In this document: positions 1-9,439 of the stretch, one piece after another | Layout of the letters: the number at the start of each line of letters is the position of its first letter | Numbering within the stretch: position 1 is the stretch's first letter | From: an uncultured Alphaproteobacteria bacterium | Lineage (GTDB): Bacteria; Pseudomonadota; Alphaproteobacteria; Bin95 | NCBI GenBank assembly: GCA_937891825.1 | Contig: CALAHN010000047.1 | Location: forward strand, 6,055-70,054 | Length of the DNA stretch: 64,000 bases | Direction of reading: 5' to 3' | Made by a program: the position numbers and the translations under genes | Notes under the pieces: generated by a model | The model's database searches: none | Told to the model about the DNA's origin: nothing | Seen by the model: only the letters and a program-made list of their open reading frames with translations

Positions 1-987
1 CGGGATCAGGCGCTTGTAGCTGTTGGTCGACGGGTTGGTGAAGGCGTTGATCGCCTTGGCATGCTTGATGATGCCGCCGATGTAGTAGAGGCAGGTATCG
101 GAGAGGTCGGCATAGCCATTGCCGGCGAAGGTCGGCTTGCCATCCTTCCAGATCGACTGATGCACGTGCATGCCCGAACCGTTGTCGCCCGCGACCGGCT
201 TCGGCATGAACGTCGCTGTCTTGCCGTAGGAGTGGGCGACCTGCTGGACAACGTACTTGTAGGTCTGCAGCCCATCGGCGGCGCCGACGAGGGTGTCGAA
301 TTTCACGCCGAGTTCATGCTGGCCCGCGGCCACCTCATGATGGTGCTTTTCGACTTCAAGGCCCATCTGGGCCATGATCGTCACCATTTCGGCGCGAATG
401 TCGTTGGCATGGTCCACGGGCTGAACGGGGAAGTAGCCGCCCTTTACCGCCGGGCGATGGCCCGGATTGCCGTCGTCATATTCACGGCCGCTATTGCTCG
501 GCAATTCAAGCGAATCGAGCGAGAAGAAGCTCTCATACATGCCGGTCGTGAAGCGCACGTCGTCGAACATGAAGAATTCGGCTTCGGGACCCATGAACAC
601 CGTGTCGCCGATGCCGGTCTGGCTGACATAGGCTTCGGCGCGCTTGGCGATGCTGCGCGGATCGCGCTCATAGCCCTGCCCGGTCGAGGGTTCGGTGATG
701 TCGCAGACGACGACCATGGTCGGCTCGGCGGTGAACGGGTCCAGGACCGCAGTCGACAGATCGGGCGAAAGGATCATGTCGGACTGGCTGATATCTTTCC
801 AGCCGGCGATCGACGAACCGTCGAACATGATGCCGTCGGTCAGCAGATCTTCGTCGACTGTGGTGTGGTACTGGGTGGTGTGATGCCACTTGCCGCGCGG
901 GTCGGTAAAGCGGAAATCGACATGCTTCACGTCGTTGTCCGACATCGCCTTCATAAGATCTGCGGGGGTTTTACAACCGAGGCTCAT
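1..987 (-). CDS. glnA: Glutamine synthetase type I, N-terminal ~329 aa (C-terminus lies off the left window edge)
   Basis: Minus-strand translation from the ATG (complement of 985-987) reads [36 protein letters not shown]... At the window edge it reads ...[20 protein letters not shown], a classic GS-I motif. The ORF is open to the window edge, so it is missing from the ORF track. Confidence 0.95.
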   Translation of the reverse strand, partial: MSLGCKTPADLMKAMSDNDVKHVDFRFTDPRGKWHHTTQYHTTVDEDLLTDGIMFDGSSIAGWKDISQSDMILSPDLSTAVLDPFTAEPTMVVVCDITEPSTGQGYERDPRSIAKRAEAYVSQTGIGDTVFMGPEAEFFMFDDVRFTTGMYESFFSLDSLELPSNSGREYDDGNPGHRPAVKGGYFPVQPVDHANDIRAEMVTIMAQMGLEVEKHHHEVAAGQHELGVKFDTLVGAADGLQTYKYVVQQVAHSYGKTATFMPKPVAGDNGSGMHVHQSIWKDGKPTFAGNGYADLSDTCLYYIGGIIKHAKAINAFTNPSTNSYKRLIP

Positions 988-1059
988 TCTCTCGCTCCTG
1001 TCATTCGTGCGTTGGTATTAGGACTGCGCGCAAGGCGCATTGTGGCGGCGGCGATAGGG

Positions 1060-1458
<399 letters not shown>

Positions 1459-1462
1459 TTAA

Positions 1463-1478
1463 AGCAAAGGGTATGCCA
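1463..1478 (-). promoter_or_regulatory. Putative sigma-54 (-24/-12) promoter of glnB
   Basis: The minus strand reads TGGCAT-ACCCT-TTGCT, with GG/GC spacing as in the consensus TGGCAC-N5-TTGCW, about 65 nt upstream of the glnB ATG. Confidence 0.5.
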
Positions 1479-1602
1479 TCGTTCTGCCGCTTTTTCAATC
1501 AACAGCGTAGCTGCCGAATCCGAAGGCGATCGTCCCGATAACCCGCCGAATTCCGCGCTTTCGCATGATTATTTTTTAGATATTTGCCTGATTTATAGGC
1601 GC

Positions 1603-2769
1603 CTATTGCTCCAACAGCTTGCGGATACGCCCGAGCGCGTCCTCGATCTGGGCCATGCTCGCAGCATAGGAGAAGCGCACGAAGCCTTCGCCCAGGGCGC
1701 CAAAACTTGGACCTGCGACAACGGCGACCCCTGCTTCCTCCAGCAGCCGCGTCTGCATGGTCTTCGAGGTCATGCCTGTGCCTTCGATGTTGGGGAAGGC
1801 ATAGAACGCGCCGCCCGGCTCGGCGCAGCGCACCCCCGGCAGGGCGTTCAGGCCGTCGACGATGACGCGGCGCCGGGCGTCGAAGGCCGCAACCATCGCA
1901 TCGACGGCGTCCTGCGGGCCATTCAGCGCGGCGAGGCCCGCGAACTGGGTCGGCGCGTTCACGCAGGAATGGCAATTCACCGCCAGCTTTTCCGCGAGAC
2001 CGACCAGCGCTTCCGGCCAGATCGAATAGCCCAGGCGCCATCCGGTCATGGCGTAGGTCTTGCTCCAGCCGTTCAGGACGATCAGCCGATCGCGCAACGC
2101 CGGATAAGCCAGCATCGAGCCATGCTCGCGGCCGTCATACAGCATGCGGTCGTAGATCTCGTCACTCATGACCGCGACTTCGGGCCAGGCCTCCAGGCCC
2201 TTCGCCAGCTTGTCGAGCTCCGCCTTCGGCGTCACGCCGCCCGTCGGGTTGGCGGGCGTGTTCATGATGATCAGCCGGGTCTTTGGCGTAATCTGCGCCA
2301 GGACCTCGTCGGCGCTGAACGCAAAGCCCTTGTCCTCCTGCAGGCGCATCGGCACCGGCGTCGCGCCGACATAGCGAATGACGCTCTCGTAGATCGGAAA
2401 TCCGGGGTTCGGATAGATGATTTCCGCGCCCGGCTCGCCGAACATCAGGATCGCGAAAAACATGGTGGGCTTGCCGCCCGGCATGATCATGATGTGCTCG
2501 GGATCGACCGTCGCGCCCCGCCTCGCGAGCGTATCGGCCGCGACCGCTTCCCGGAGCGGCAAAATGCCTCTCGCCGGGGTATAGCCATGATGGCCGTCGC
2601 GCATCGCCTTGATCGCGGCCTCGACCACATGCTCCGGGGTTTTGAAATCGGGCTGGCCGATGCCGAGGTTGATGATGTCGCGGCCCGCCGCTTGAAGCTT
2701 GGCGGCGCGCGCCAGCACTTCGAACGCGGTTTCGGTGCCCAGTTGGGCCAGATTTTCGGCAAGGCGCAT
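1603..2769 (-). CDS. PLP-dependent aminotransferase, class I/II (aspartate aminotransferase-like)
   Basis: 388-aa ORF with an ATG start. Motifs: NLGIGQPDF, NPANPTGG, and SKTYAMTGWRLGY (PLP-lysine motif). Confidence 0.9.
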   Translation of the reverse strand: MRLAENLAQLGTETAFEVLARAAKLQAAGRDIINLGIGQPDFKTPEHVVEAAIKAMRDGHHGYTPARGILPLREAVAADTLARRGATVDPEHIMIMPGGKPTMFFAILMFGEPGAEIIYPNPGFPIYESVIRYVGATPVPMRLQEDKGFAFSADEVLAQITPKTRLIIMNTPANPTGGVTPKAELDKLAKGLEAWPEVAVMSDEIYDRMLYDGREHGSMLAYPALRDRLIVLNGWSKTYAMTGWRLGYSIWPEALVGLAEKLAVNCHSCVNAPTQFAGLAALNGPQDAVDAMVAAFDARRRVIVDGLNALPGVRCAEPGGAFYAFPNIEGTGMTSKTMQTRLLEEAGVAVVAGPSFGALGEGFVRFSYAASMAQIEDALGRIRKLLEQ

Positions 2770-2903
2770 GGATGAATCCCGGACTGATCGAGTGAAAGCG
2801 ACGGCGTCGGACTATGCCGACCGCACGCGCGCTTGGGAAGCTTCCGGTTGACGCGGCCCGCTATTTTCCAGTAGATGCTCGCCTTCGCGCACGACGCGAG
2901 CGT

Positions 2904-2981
2904 GGTGCCTGTAGCTCAGTTGGTTAGAGCGCCTGGTTGTGGTCCAGGAGGTCGCCGGTTCAAATCCGGTCAGGCACCCCA
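2904..2981 (+). tRNA. tRNA-His (anticodon GUG) with G-1 and encoded CCA
   Basis: Hand-folded cloverleaf. G-1 is followed by acceptor GTGCCTG/CAGGCAC. D arm GCTC-AGTTGGTTA-GAGC. Anticodon arm CCTGG-TTGTGGT-CCAGG (GTG). T arm GCCGG-TTCAAAT-CCGGT. Discriminator C, then CCA. Confidence 0.95.
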
Positions 2982-3001
2982 TATGCTGGCTCTCGAATCC
3001 A

Positions 3002-3772
3002 ATGGAGACGACAGCCATGGCCGATGCGCCAGCCCGAGACACAGCCCAAGACCCAGACCAGGACCCAGCCCTCGCAAGCCCGCCCCCGACCGGCGAGTCG
3101 CCAGCACGCAAGCAGCCGATCCGCGACGCGGCGACGCTCGTGCTGGTGCGCATGCGCGGCAAGACCCCCGAAGTGCTGATGGGGGAACGCAGCTCCGGCC
3201 ATATCTTCTATCCGCATCACTACGTGTTCCCCGGCGGCCGGGTCGACCGCAGCGACGGCTATGTGACGCCGGCGACGCCGCTGCGCCCGGACGTGCTGGC
3301 CCGCCTCTCCGCCGCCGCGACGCCGCGGCGCGCTCAGGCGCTGGCGCTCGCAGCCGTCCGCGAGACCTTCGAGGAAGCCGGGCTCGTCCTGGGCGCCGAA
3401 GCGCCGCGGCCGTCGCGCGCGCCAAAAGGCTGGGCGCCGTTCTATGAAACCGGCTACGGCCCGGCGCTCGACGGCCTGACCTACATCTACCGCGCCGTCA
3501 CCCCGCCCGGCCGCACCCGCCGCTTCAACGCCCGCTTCTTCGTCGCGGACTATGAGCGGATCGTGGCCAAGGCCGACATCGACGAGGACGAACTGCTGAA
3601 ACTGCATTGGCGCGATCTGGACTCCGCCCTTGACCTCAAGATCCGCCCGATCACGGCGCTGGTCCTGAAAGAGATCAAGGCCCGCCTGCAGGACGGCAGC
3701 CTCTACGACGACCGCCCGGTCAAATGGGTCAAGACGGGGCTCGGCGCCAAACGCATCGCCGGCGTCGAGTAG
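3002..3772 (+). CDS. NUDIX hydrolase
   Basis: NUDIX box in PGGRVDRSDG...ALALAAVRETFEEAGLVLG. Track ORF 2939..3772 overlaps the tRNA, so the start was moved to the first ATG after the tRNA (3002; alternative 3017). Confidence 0.8.
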   Translation: METTAMADAPARDTAQDPDQDPALASPPPTGESPARKQPIRDAATLVLVRMRGKTPEVLMGERSSGHIFYPHHYVFPGGRVDRSDGYVTPATPLRPDVLARLSAAATPRRAQALALAAVRETFEEAGLVLGAEAPRPSRAPKGWAPFYETGYGPALDGLTYIYRAVTPPGRTRRFNARFFVADYERIVAKADIDEDELLKLHWRDLDSALDLKIRPITALVLKEIKARLQDGSLYDDRPVKWVKTGLGAKRIAGVE

Positions 3773-3777
3773 CGGGA

Positions 3778-5220
3778 ATGGCCGCCGGCCTGGAACTGCT
3801 TTCGGTCGCGGAGATGTATCGGGCGGACGCCAGGGCGATCGCCGATGGCGTCGCGGGCGTCGACCTGATGGCGAACGCCGGCGCCGCGGTCGTCGATGCG
3901 ATCCGCCGCCGCTGGAGCCCGCGGGATACGGTCGTGCTGGCTGGCCCCGGCGCAAATGGCGGCGATGGCTGGGTTGTCGCCCGACTGCTCGAAGCAGCGG
4001 GCTGGCCTGTCCGGATCGCGCTCCTGGGCGACCGGCAGCGGCTCGCGGGCGAGGCCGCCGCCATGGTCCAGGCGATGAACGCTGCGCCCGCGCCCATCGT
4101 CGCCGTCGATCTCCCGAGCGGCGTCAACGGCGATACCGGCGCGGTCATGGGGACGGCTGTCCAGGCTGAACTGACGGTCACGTTTTTTCGGAAGAAACCA
4201 GGCCACCTCCTGGCGCCCGGACGCTTCCGCGCCGGCCTCGTCGTGACGGCCGATATCGGCATCCCCGACGTCGCCGCCAGCGGCGCCGCGGCCTTCGGGA
4301 ACGCGCCAGACCTCTGGCCTCAGGCGGCGCCGCCGCTCGACCCGGCAGGCCATAAATACACCCGAGGTCATGTGCTGGTCGCCGGCGGCGCCCAGACGAC
4401 GGGCGCCGCACGGCTGGCCGCAAGGACCGCCCTCCGCGCCGGCGCCGGGCTCGTAACCATCGCCTGCCCGGCCGCGTCCTTCCCGGTCTATGCCGCGGCC
4501 GAGCTTGCGGTCATGGTCCGGCCCTTGAACGCGCCCACGGATTTCGAAGCCCTGCTGCAGGACAAGCGCTTCAAGACCGTCGTCCTCGGCCCTGGCCTCG
4601 GGCTCGACGACCAGGCGCGGGCATTGATCGAACTGGCGGCGGCGGCCGGTCGGGCGCTGGTTCTGGATGCCGACGCCCTGACGGCCTATGCCGACGCGCC
4701 GGACCGCCTGTTCGCCTTGATCGAGCAAGCGCCCGCCGCCGTCCTGACGCCACATGACGGCGAGTTCAAGCGCCTCTTCGGCGACCCGCCGGGCTCGAAG
4801 CTGGCGCGCGCCCGGGCCGCCGCCGCGCGCGCCGGGGCTGTCGTCATACTGAAAGGCCCCGATACCGTGATCGCAGCGCCAGACGGTCGCGCCGCAATCA
4901 ACGCCAATGCGCCGCCGACCCTGGCGACGGCGGGCGCGGGCGACGTGCTGGCCGGCATGGTCGCGGGACTGCTTTCCGAGGGCGCGCCTCCCTTCGAAGC
5001 TGCGGCCGCCGCGGTCTGGCTGCACGGCGCGGCCGCAGCGAGCCTCGGACGCGGCCTGATCGCCAGCGACCTTGTCGAGGCGATCCCGGCCGCATTCCAC
5101 GCCCTGGAGCAGGCGCGCGCCGGAGCAGACGCTGGCTTTGAGCATGGCGCGCTCGCCCGCAACACGCTCGGGACCCTGCGGGCGCAGCGCGCGCAGCGCT
5201 CGGACCGCGAAGGCCCTTAA
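3778..5220 (+). CDS. nnr: Bifunctional NAD(P)H-hydrate repair enzyme (YjeF_N epimerase + ADP-dependent dehydratase)
   Basis: MAAGLELLSVAEMYRADARAIADG...VLAGPGANGGDGWVVARLL is the YjeF_N signature. The C-terminal half is a carbohydrate-kinase-like dehydratase (KYTRGHVLVAGG..., ATAGAGDVLAG). Start set at the ATG at 3778 inside track ORF 3724..5220. Confidence 0.85.
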   Translation: MAAGLELLSVAEMYRADARAIADGVAGVDLMANAGAAVVDAIRRRWSPRDTVVLAGPGANGGDGWVVARLLEAAGWPVRIALLGDRQRLAGEAAAMVQAMNAAPAPIVAVDLPSGVNGDTGAVMGTAVQAELTVTFFRKKPGHLLAPGRFRAGLVVTADIGIPDVAASGAAAFGNAPDLWPQAAPPLDPAGHKYTRGHVLVAGGAQTTGAARLAARTALRAGAGLVTIACPAASFPVYAAAELAVMVRPLNAPTDFEALLQDKRFKTVVLGPGLGLDDQARALIELAAAAGRALVLDADALTAYADAPDRLFALIEQAPAAVLTPHDGEFKRLFGDPPGSKLARARAAAARAGAVVILKGPDTVIAAPDGRAAINANAPPTLATAGAGDVLAGMVAGLLSEGAPPFEAAAAAVWLHGAAAASLGRGLIASDLVEAIPAAFHALEQARAGADAGFEHGALARNTLGTLRAQRAQRSDREGP

Positions 5221-6536
5221 GCGGCCAGTTGCGCCCGCCAGTAGGCGACGCCCCGGCTGGTCGGATGGAGAGCCGAACGCTCCGCCAGCAGGGCCTCGGC
5301 AAGCGTCGTTCGCCCGGCTTTCACGGCGGAGTCGATCAGGGCCTGGGCATAGAGGTCGCGTTGCGCATGGCTGCCGCCCAACCGGCTCCATTCTTCCCGG
5401 ACCGCCAGCAAGCCTTCGACGGCGCGGTCGTAGTCGCCGTTGCAATAGGCATGGATCGCATCGGCGACCGGCAATGTGGCTTCCGCCGTCAGCGCCGCCG
5501 CCCAGCCGCCGCTGTCGGCGCGTTCGGCCAGCACCTGGCGATGGCGCGCCAGGGCCTCGCCCCGTCCGGCCCGCGCCAGCGTGACCGCGATATGGCTGTC
5601 GGTGAAGCCCAGCATCTGATCGTCGAGCACGGTTTCCGCCTGTTCGGCCAGGACGCGCCAGCGGTCGCCGACGTCGACGCCCGCGAATTCCAGCCGCCAG
5701 AGCAGCGCCGCCGCATTTTGAATGTCGATATAAAGCGCGGTCGGTTCGGGATAGATCGACCGGTCGAGCAAGGCGAGCGCGCCCTCATAGTCGCCCGAGT
5801 CCCAGTGGAACAGGGACTTGTGCCACCAGAGATGCCGCGCGAGCGGCGCCCGGTCCGCCCAGGCGTCGGCCGGGTAGTCCATCCACGCGATGCCTTCCCG
5901 ATGTCGGCCCTGCATCTCCAGCACATGGGCGACCGAATGGATGCCCCATATATCGTCCGGCGCCCGTTCGACGCAGGCCCGGCCGGCGCGTTCGGCGGCG
6001 ACATAATCGCCAGCTTCCTCGTAGCCGAACGCCAGCAGGCCGAGATAATGCGCGTAGCCGGGCACGCTTTCGTCCCAGGCATGGCGGACGCGCAGCATCG
6101 AATCCCTGAGTTCCAAGCTGAGGCCACGCCAGAACAGCGTCTGCTGCTGCATCTGCTTCATGATGAAGAGATCGCGCGGCCAATCGGTCAGATGCGCCCG
6201 AAAGGCGGCTGCGGCGCGCGGCAGATCGTTGGCGTTGAGCGCCTTCAGGCCCGCCAGCCAGCCCCTGGCGCGCGGATGCCGGCCAGCGCCGCTGCGTTCA
6301 GCGGCGGCGACATGCTCGGCGACGACCGGCAGCAGGCGGCGGGATTGCGCGCCGAGCAGCATGAACGCCTTCGTCATCTGGGCGAGGGCGCAATTGGGGT
6401 CGGCCTCGATCGCCAGATCGGCAAGGGCCGGCGCGTCCAGGCGGAACTCGAAAAATCGGGCGATCGCTTGGTCGAAGGCGGCGGCGGCGGCCGCGTTTTC
6501 CGTATCGATCGGGTAGCCGCGCACATCCGTCAGCAT
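5217..6536 (-). CDS. TPR protein of the TTC38-like family
   Basis: 439 aa with helical-repeat composition. The motif WGIHSVAHVLEMQGRHREGIAWM matches what I recall of bacterial TTC38-family proteins. Confidence 0.65.
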   Translation of the reverse strand: MLTDVRGYPIDTENAAAAAAFDQAIARFFEFRLDAPALADLAIEADPNCALAQMTKAFMLLGAQSRRLLPVVAEHVAAAERSGAGRHPRARGWLAGLKALNANDLPRAAAAFRAHLTDWPRDLFIMKQMQQQTLFWRGLSLELRDSMLRVRHAWDESVPGYAHYLGLLAFGYEEAGDYVAAERAGRACVERAPDDIWGIHSVAHVLEMQGRHREGIAWMDYPADAWADRAPLARHLWWHKSLFHWDSGDYEGALALLDRSIYPEPTALYIDIQNAAALLWRLEFAGVDVGDRWRVLAEQAETVLDDQMLGFTDSHIAVTLARAGRGEALARHRQVLAERADSGGWAAALTAEATLPVADAIHAYCNGDYDRAVEGLLAVREEWSRLGGSHAQRDLYAQALIDSAVKAGRTTLAEALLAERSALHPTSRGVAYWRAQLAA

Positions 6537-6557
6537 CGAGGCGTCTCCTGCTTGCCG

Positions 6558-7007
6558 TCACCGGGCTGGTTTGGGCGCCCGGCCAGTCACTTTTAGCTCT
6601 CTGCCCTGGGGCAGGCGATCGGCGGCCGCATCCGCCCAGGTGTAGCGGCCAAGCGGGATGCTGATCTCCAGCGTAGCGCCAGGCGTCACGATCCGCTCGC
6701 CCTTCAGAAAGTCGCTTTTGCCATTGCGGAAGAACATCGCTTCAAAGACCGCGAGGCAAGGCGTCGGCGCATTGTTCAGGACGTTGAAGGCAAAATCCAG
6801 GTCCGCCGCATCGCGCGTGCCGAGCACGGGCGTTTCCCGGATGACGCCGGTCGAGGCGACGACGCCGCCCGCGCAGACCGTATCGGCCGCGCGGGTTTCG
6901 CCCATGCGCTCCAGCACCATCGGCTCATATCCCAGCCAGGCGAACGTCATCGCGACAATGAGGACGACGATGAAGCCAATGCCGAATATTCCGCTACGCC
7001 GCCGCAT
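6558..7007 (-). CDS. Hypothetical membrane-anchored protein
   Basis: 149 aa with an ATG start and an N-terminal TM helix ([20 protein letters not shown]). No family recognised. Same strand as the upstream TPR gene. Confidence 0.5.
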   Translation of the reverse strand: MRRRSGIFGIGFIVVLIVAMTFAWLGYEPMVLERMGETRAADTVCAGGVVASTGVIRETPVLGTRDAADLDFAFNVLNNAPTPCLAVFEAMFFRNGKSDFLKGERIVTPGATLEISIPLGRYTWADAAADRLPQGRELKVTGRAPKPAR

Positions 7008-7076
7008 TCCTTCGCCCCGCTGGCCCTGATAGGTTTGGGTGTAACGCTAACCAATCACAAGCTGGAGGGACCGTCC

Positions 7077-7529
7077 ATGGCGGGTTTGTATTTTGAGGAA
7101 TTTGAGATCGGGCAGGTGTTTCGGCACGACCTGACGCGCACGGTGACGGAGATGGACAACGTCATGTTCTGCGCGCTGACCCATAACCCGCAGCCGCTGC
7201 ACCTGGATGAGGAATTCAGCAAGGAGACCGAGTTCGGCCAGCGCATTGTGAATTCCCTGTTTACGCTCGGCCTCGTCATCGGCGTTTCGGTCAACGACAC
7301 GACGCTTGGCACGACGATCGGCAATCTCGGCATGACGGACTGCGCTTTCCGCAATCCGGTTTTCCACGGCGACACGATCCGCTCGGAAACCAAGATCCTG
7401 GAAAAGCGCGAATCGAAGTCCCGCCCGAACGCCGGCATCGTCACGTTCGAACATCGCGGCGTCAATCAGCGCGGCCAGGAAGTCGCCTATTGCAAGCGCC
7501 AGGGCCTGATGAAGAAGCGCCCGGCATGA
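7077..7529 (+). CDS. MaoC-like (R)-hydratase / hot-dog fold dehydratase
   Basis: [47 protein letters not shown]... is typical of MaoC dehydratases. GGAGGG RBS at 7064-7069. The track start at 7035 is a TTG. Confidence 0.85.
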   Translation: MAGLYFEEFEIGQVFRHDLTRTVTEMDNVMFCALTHNPQPLHLDEEFSKETEFGQRIVNSLFTLGLVIGVSVNDTTLGTTIGNLGMTDCAFRNPVFHGDTIRSETKILEKRESKSRPNAGIVTFEHRGVNQRGQEVAYCKRQGLMKKRPA

Positions 7530-8431
7530 GCGAGACCCGGACAATGGACCCGCTGCGCTGCTTCCTGTTCGTCCCCGCCGACAGCGAGCGCAAGCTCGCC
7601 AAGGCCGAAGGCCTGGACGCCGACGCCCTGATCCTGGACCTTGAGGATTCGGTCAATCAGGAAAACCTCCCCAAAGCCCGCGTCATGGCCAGGGACTATC
7701 TGGCCCAAAGCCGGGACAGGACGCGCAAGCAGCAACTTTGGGTCAGGATCAATCCGCTCGACACGGATTTCAGCCTGCCCGATCTCGCCGCCGTCATGCC
7801 GGGCCGCCCGGACGGCATCATCCTGCCGAAGACCTATTCGGCGGCCGAGGCGATCAAGCTGGATCACATGCTGTCGGCCCTGGAGACGCGGGAAGGCGTC
7901 GCGCTCGGCCAGACCAAGATCCTGGTGGTCGCGACCGAAACCGCGCGCTCGCTGTTCACGCTCGACAGCTTTGTCGGCGCGAGCCCGCGCATCTACGGCA
8001 TGACCTGGGGCGCGGAGGACCTGGCGGCGGCGCTTGGGGCCTTCACCAACCGCAAGGCCGACGGCGCCTACGAGGACGTCTACATGCTGGCCCGCACGCT
8101 CTGTCTCGCGGCCTGCAAGGCCGGCGCCATGGAGCCGGTGGATAGCGTCTACCCGAACTTCCGCGACCTGGACGGCCTCTTTGCCGAGGCGCTGCAAGGG
8201 CGGAAGACCGGGTTCACAGGCAAGGTCGCGATCCATCCGGATCAGGTCGCCGTCATCAACAAGGCGTTTGCGCCGACGGCGGACGAAATCACCTTCGCCA
8301 AGCGCGTCATCGCCGCGTTCGATGCGGTCGGCGGCTCCGGCACGGTCGGCCTGGACGGCAAGATGATCGACATGCCGCATTTGAAGCAGGCGCGCATCGT
8401 GCTCGCCATGGCGGAGCGCGCCGATGCCTGA
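7526..8431 (+). CDS. CitE/HpcH-family acyl-CoA lyase (citrate lyase beta / malyl- or citramalyl-CoA lyase-like)
   Basis: [43 protein letters not shown] is the CitE-like N-terminal signature. ATGA overlap with the MaoC stop. Confidence 0.85.
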   Translation: MSETRTMDPLRCFLFVPADSERKLAKAEGLDADALILDLEDSVNQENLPKARVMARDYLAQSRDRTRKQQLWVRINPLDTDFSLPDLAAVMPGRPDGIILPKTYSAAEAIKLDHMLSALETREGVALGQTKILVVATETARSLFTLDSFVGASPRIYGMTWGAEDLAAALGAFTNRKADGAYEDVYMLARTLCLAACKAGAMEPVDSVYPNFRDLDGLFAEALQGRKTGFTGKVAIHPDQVAVINKAFAPTADEITFAKRVIAAFDAVGGSGTVGLDGKMIDMPHLKQARIVLAMAERADA

Positions 8432-9359
8432 AGCCATTTCCTTCGACGCGACCCGCGCCTGGACCAAGGAACTGCCGAACGGCACGGTCGTGTCGGTCAG
8501 GGAATTCGACTTCAAGGGCCCGTTCGCCGGGCGCGACCCGGAGGCGCGCATGGAAGGGCCGCAATGCTTCCGGGTCGAGCAGCCGCCGGGATCGGTCGTC
8601 GAAACTCATTTCCATGTGGCGGACGAATATCAGTTGGTGGCGCTTGGCGGCGGCAGGCTCGGCCGCCACGGCCTTCGGCCGCTTGGGGTGCATTTCTCCA
8701 GCGCCTTCACGCCCTACGGTCCGATCGTGGCGGATAGCGCTCAGGGCGTCATCTATTTCACCCTGCGTCCGCGCCGCGACCCCGGCGCGCTGTTCCTGCC
8801 GGCGGAACGGGACAAGCTCAAGACCGCGCCAAAGCGCTTCTTCATGGCGGAGCCGGACGACATTGCGCTCCCGGCCGCGACGCTCGCCCAATGGGATGCG
8901 CCGAGCCTCGTTTCGATCCACGGGCCGGAGCAGGACGGCGCCGCCGCGTGGCGGGCGACCCTCGGCCCCGGCCAGCGCCTGACGCCGCCGAAGCCCGCGG
9001 GCGACGGCTATTTCATCGTCGTGACCGGCGGCGCCTGGCTGCACGGCGCGGACGCATTGCCGCTCTGGTCCTGCGCCTTCGTCGCGCAAGGCGAGACGCC
9101 GCCGGCTTTGGTCGCGGGGCCGGAGGGCCTGGACACGGCCATCCTGCAATTCCCGACCCGGGGCGCCAAGTCAGCGGCGAAATCGGGGGCGGCGGCGGCG
9201 GACGAAGCCCACGAATGCCCGCTTTGCGGGTTCGTGTACGCTCAGGCAGACGGCCTGCCGGAGGACGGAATTGCGCCCGGCACGCCCTTCGCCGCCTTGC
9301 CCGCTGCATGGACCTGCCCAAACTGCGACGCCGCGAAAGCCGATTTCGAAGTCGTGTAG
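8424..9359 (+). CDS. Cupin-domain protein with a C-terminal rubredoxin domain
   Basis: Cupin motif ETHFHVADEYQLVALGGG. The C-terminus HECPLCGFVYAQADGLPEDGIAPGTPFAALPAAWTCPNCDAAKADFEVV is a complete rubredoxin (CxxCG...CPxC). 8-nt overlap with the CitE-like stop. Confidence 0.7.
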   Translation: MPEAISFDATRAWTKELPNGTVVSVREFDFKGPFAGRDPEARMEGPQCFRVEQPPGSVVETHFHVADEYQLVALGGGRLGRHGLRPLGVHFSSAFTPYGPIVADSAQGVIYFTLRPRRDPGALFLPAERDKLKTAPKRFFMAEPDDIALPAATLAQWDAPSLVSIHGPEQDGAAAWRATLGPGQRLTPPKPAGDGYFIVVTGGAWLHGADALPLWSCAFVAQGETPPALVAGPEGLDTAILQFPTRGAKSAAKSGAAAADEAHECPLCGFVYAQADGLPEDGIAPGTPFAALPAAWTCPNCDAAKADFEVV

Positions 9360-9439
9360 CGCTCTGGCGCGCGTCGCCGGTCGTAAAACTGTCACGCGAC
9401 GGCAATACTCGATTAACGCTCGTCTGGCACTCTGGTCAG

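Noticed and set aside
2939-3001. Upstream part of the NUDIX ORF (track start 2939)
   Set aside because: It overlaps the tRNA-His gene (2904-2981), so the start was moved to the first ATG after the tRNA.
3703-5445. 580-aa minus-strand ORF
   Set aside because: It is antisense to nnr and overlaps the TPR gene frame. No recognisable domains.
8891-9439. N-terminal extension of the 699-aa ORF containing malonyl-CoA decarboxylase
   Set aside because: It overlaps the cupin-rubredoxin gene in another frame and is Arg/Gly/Pro-rich. Family similarity starts near 9440-9521.
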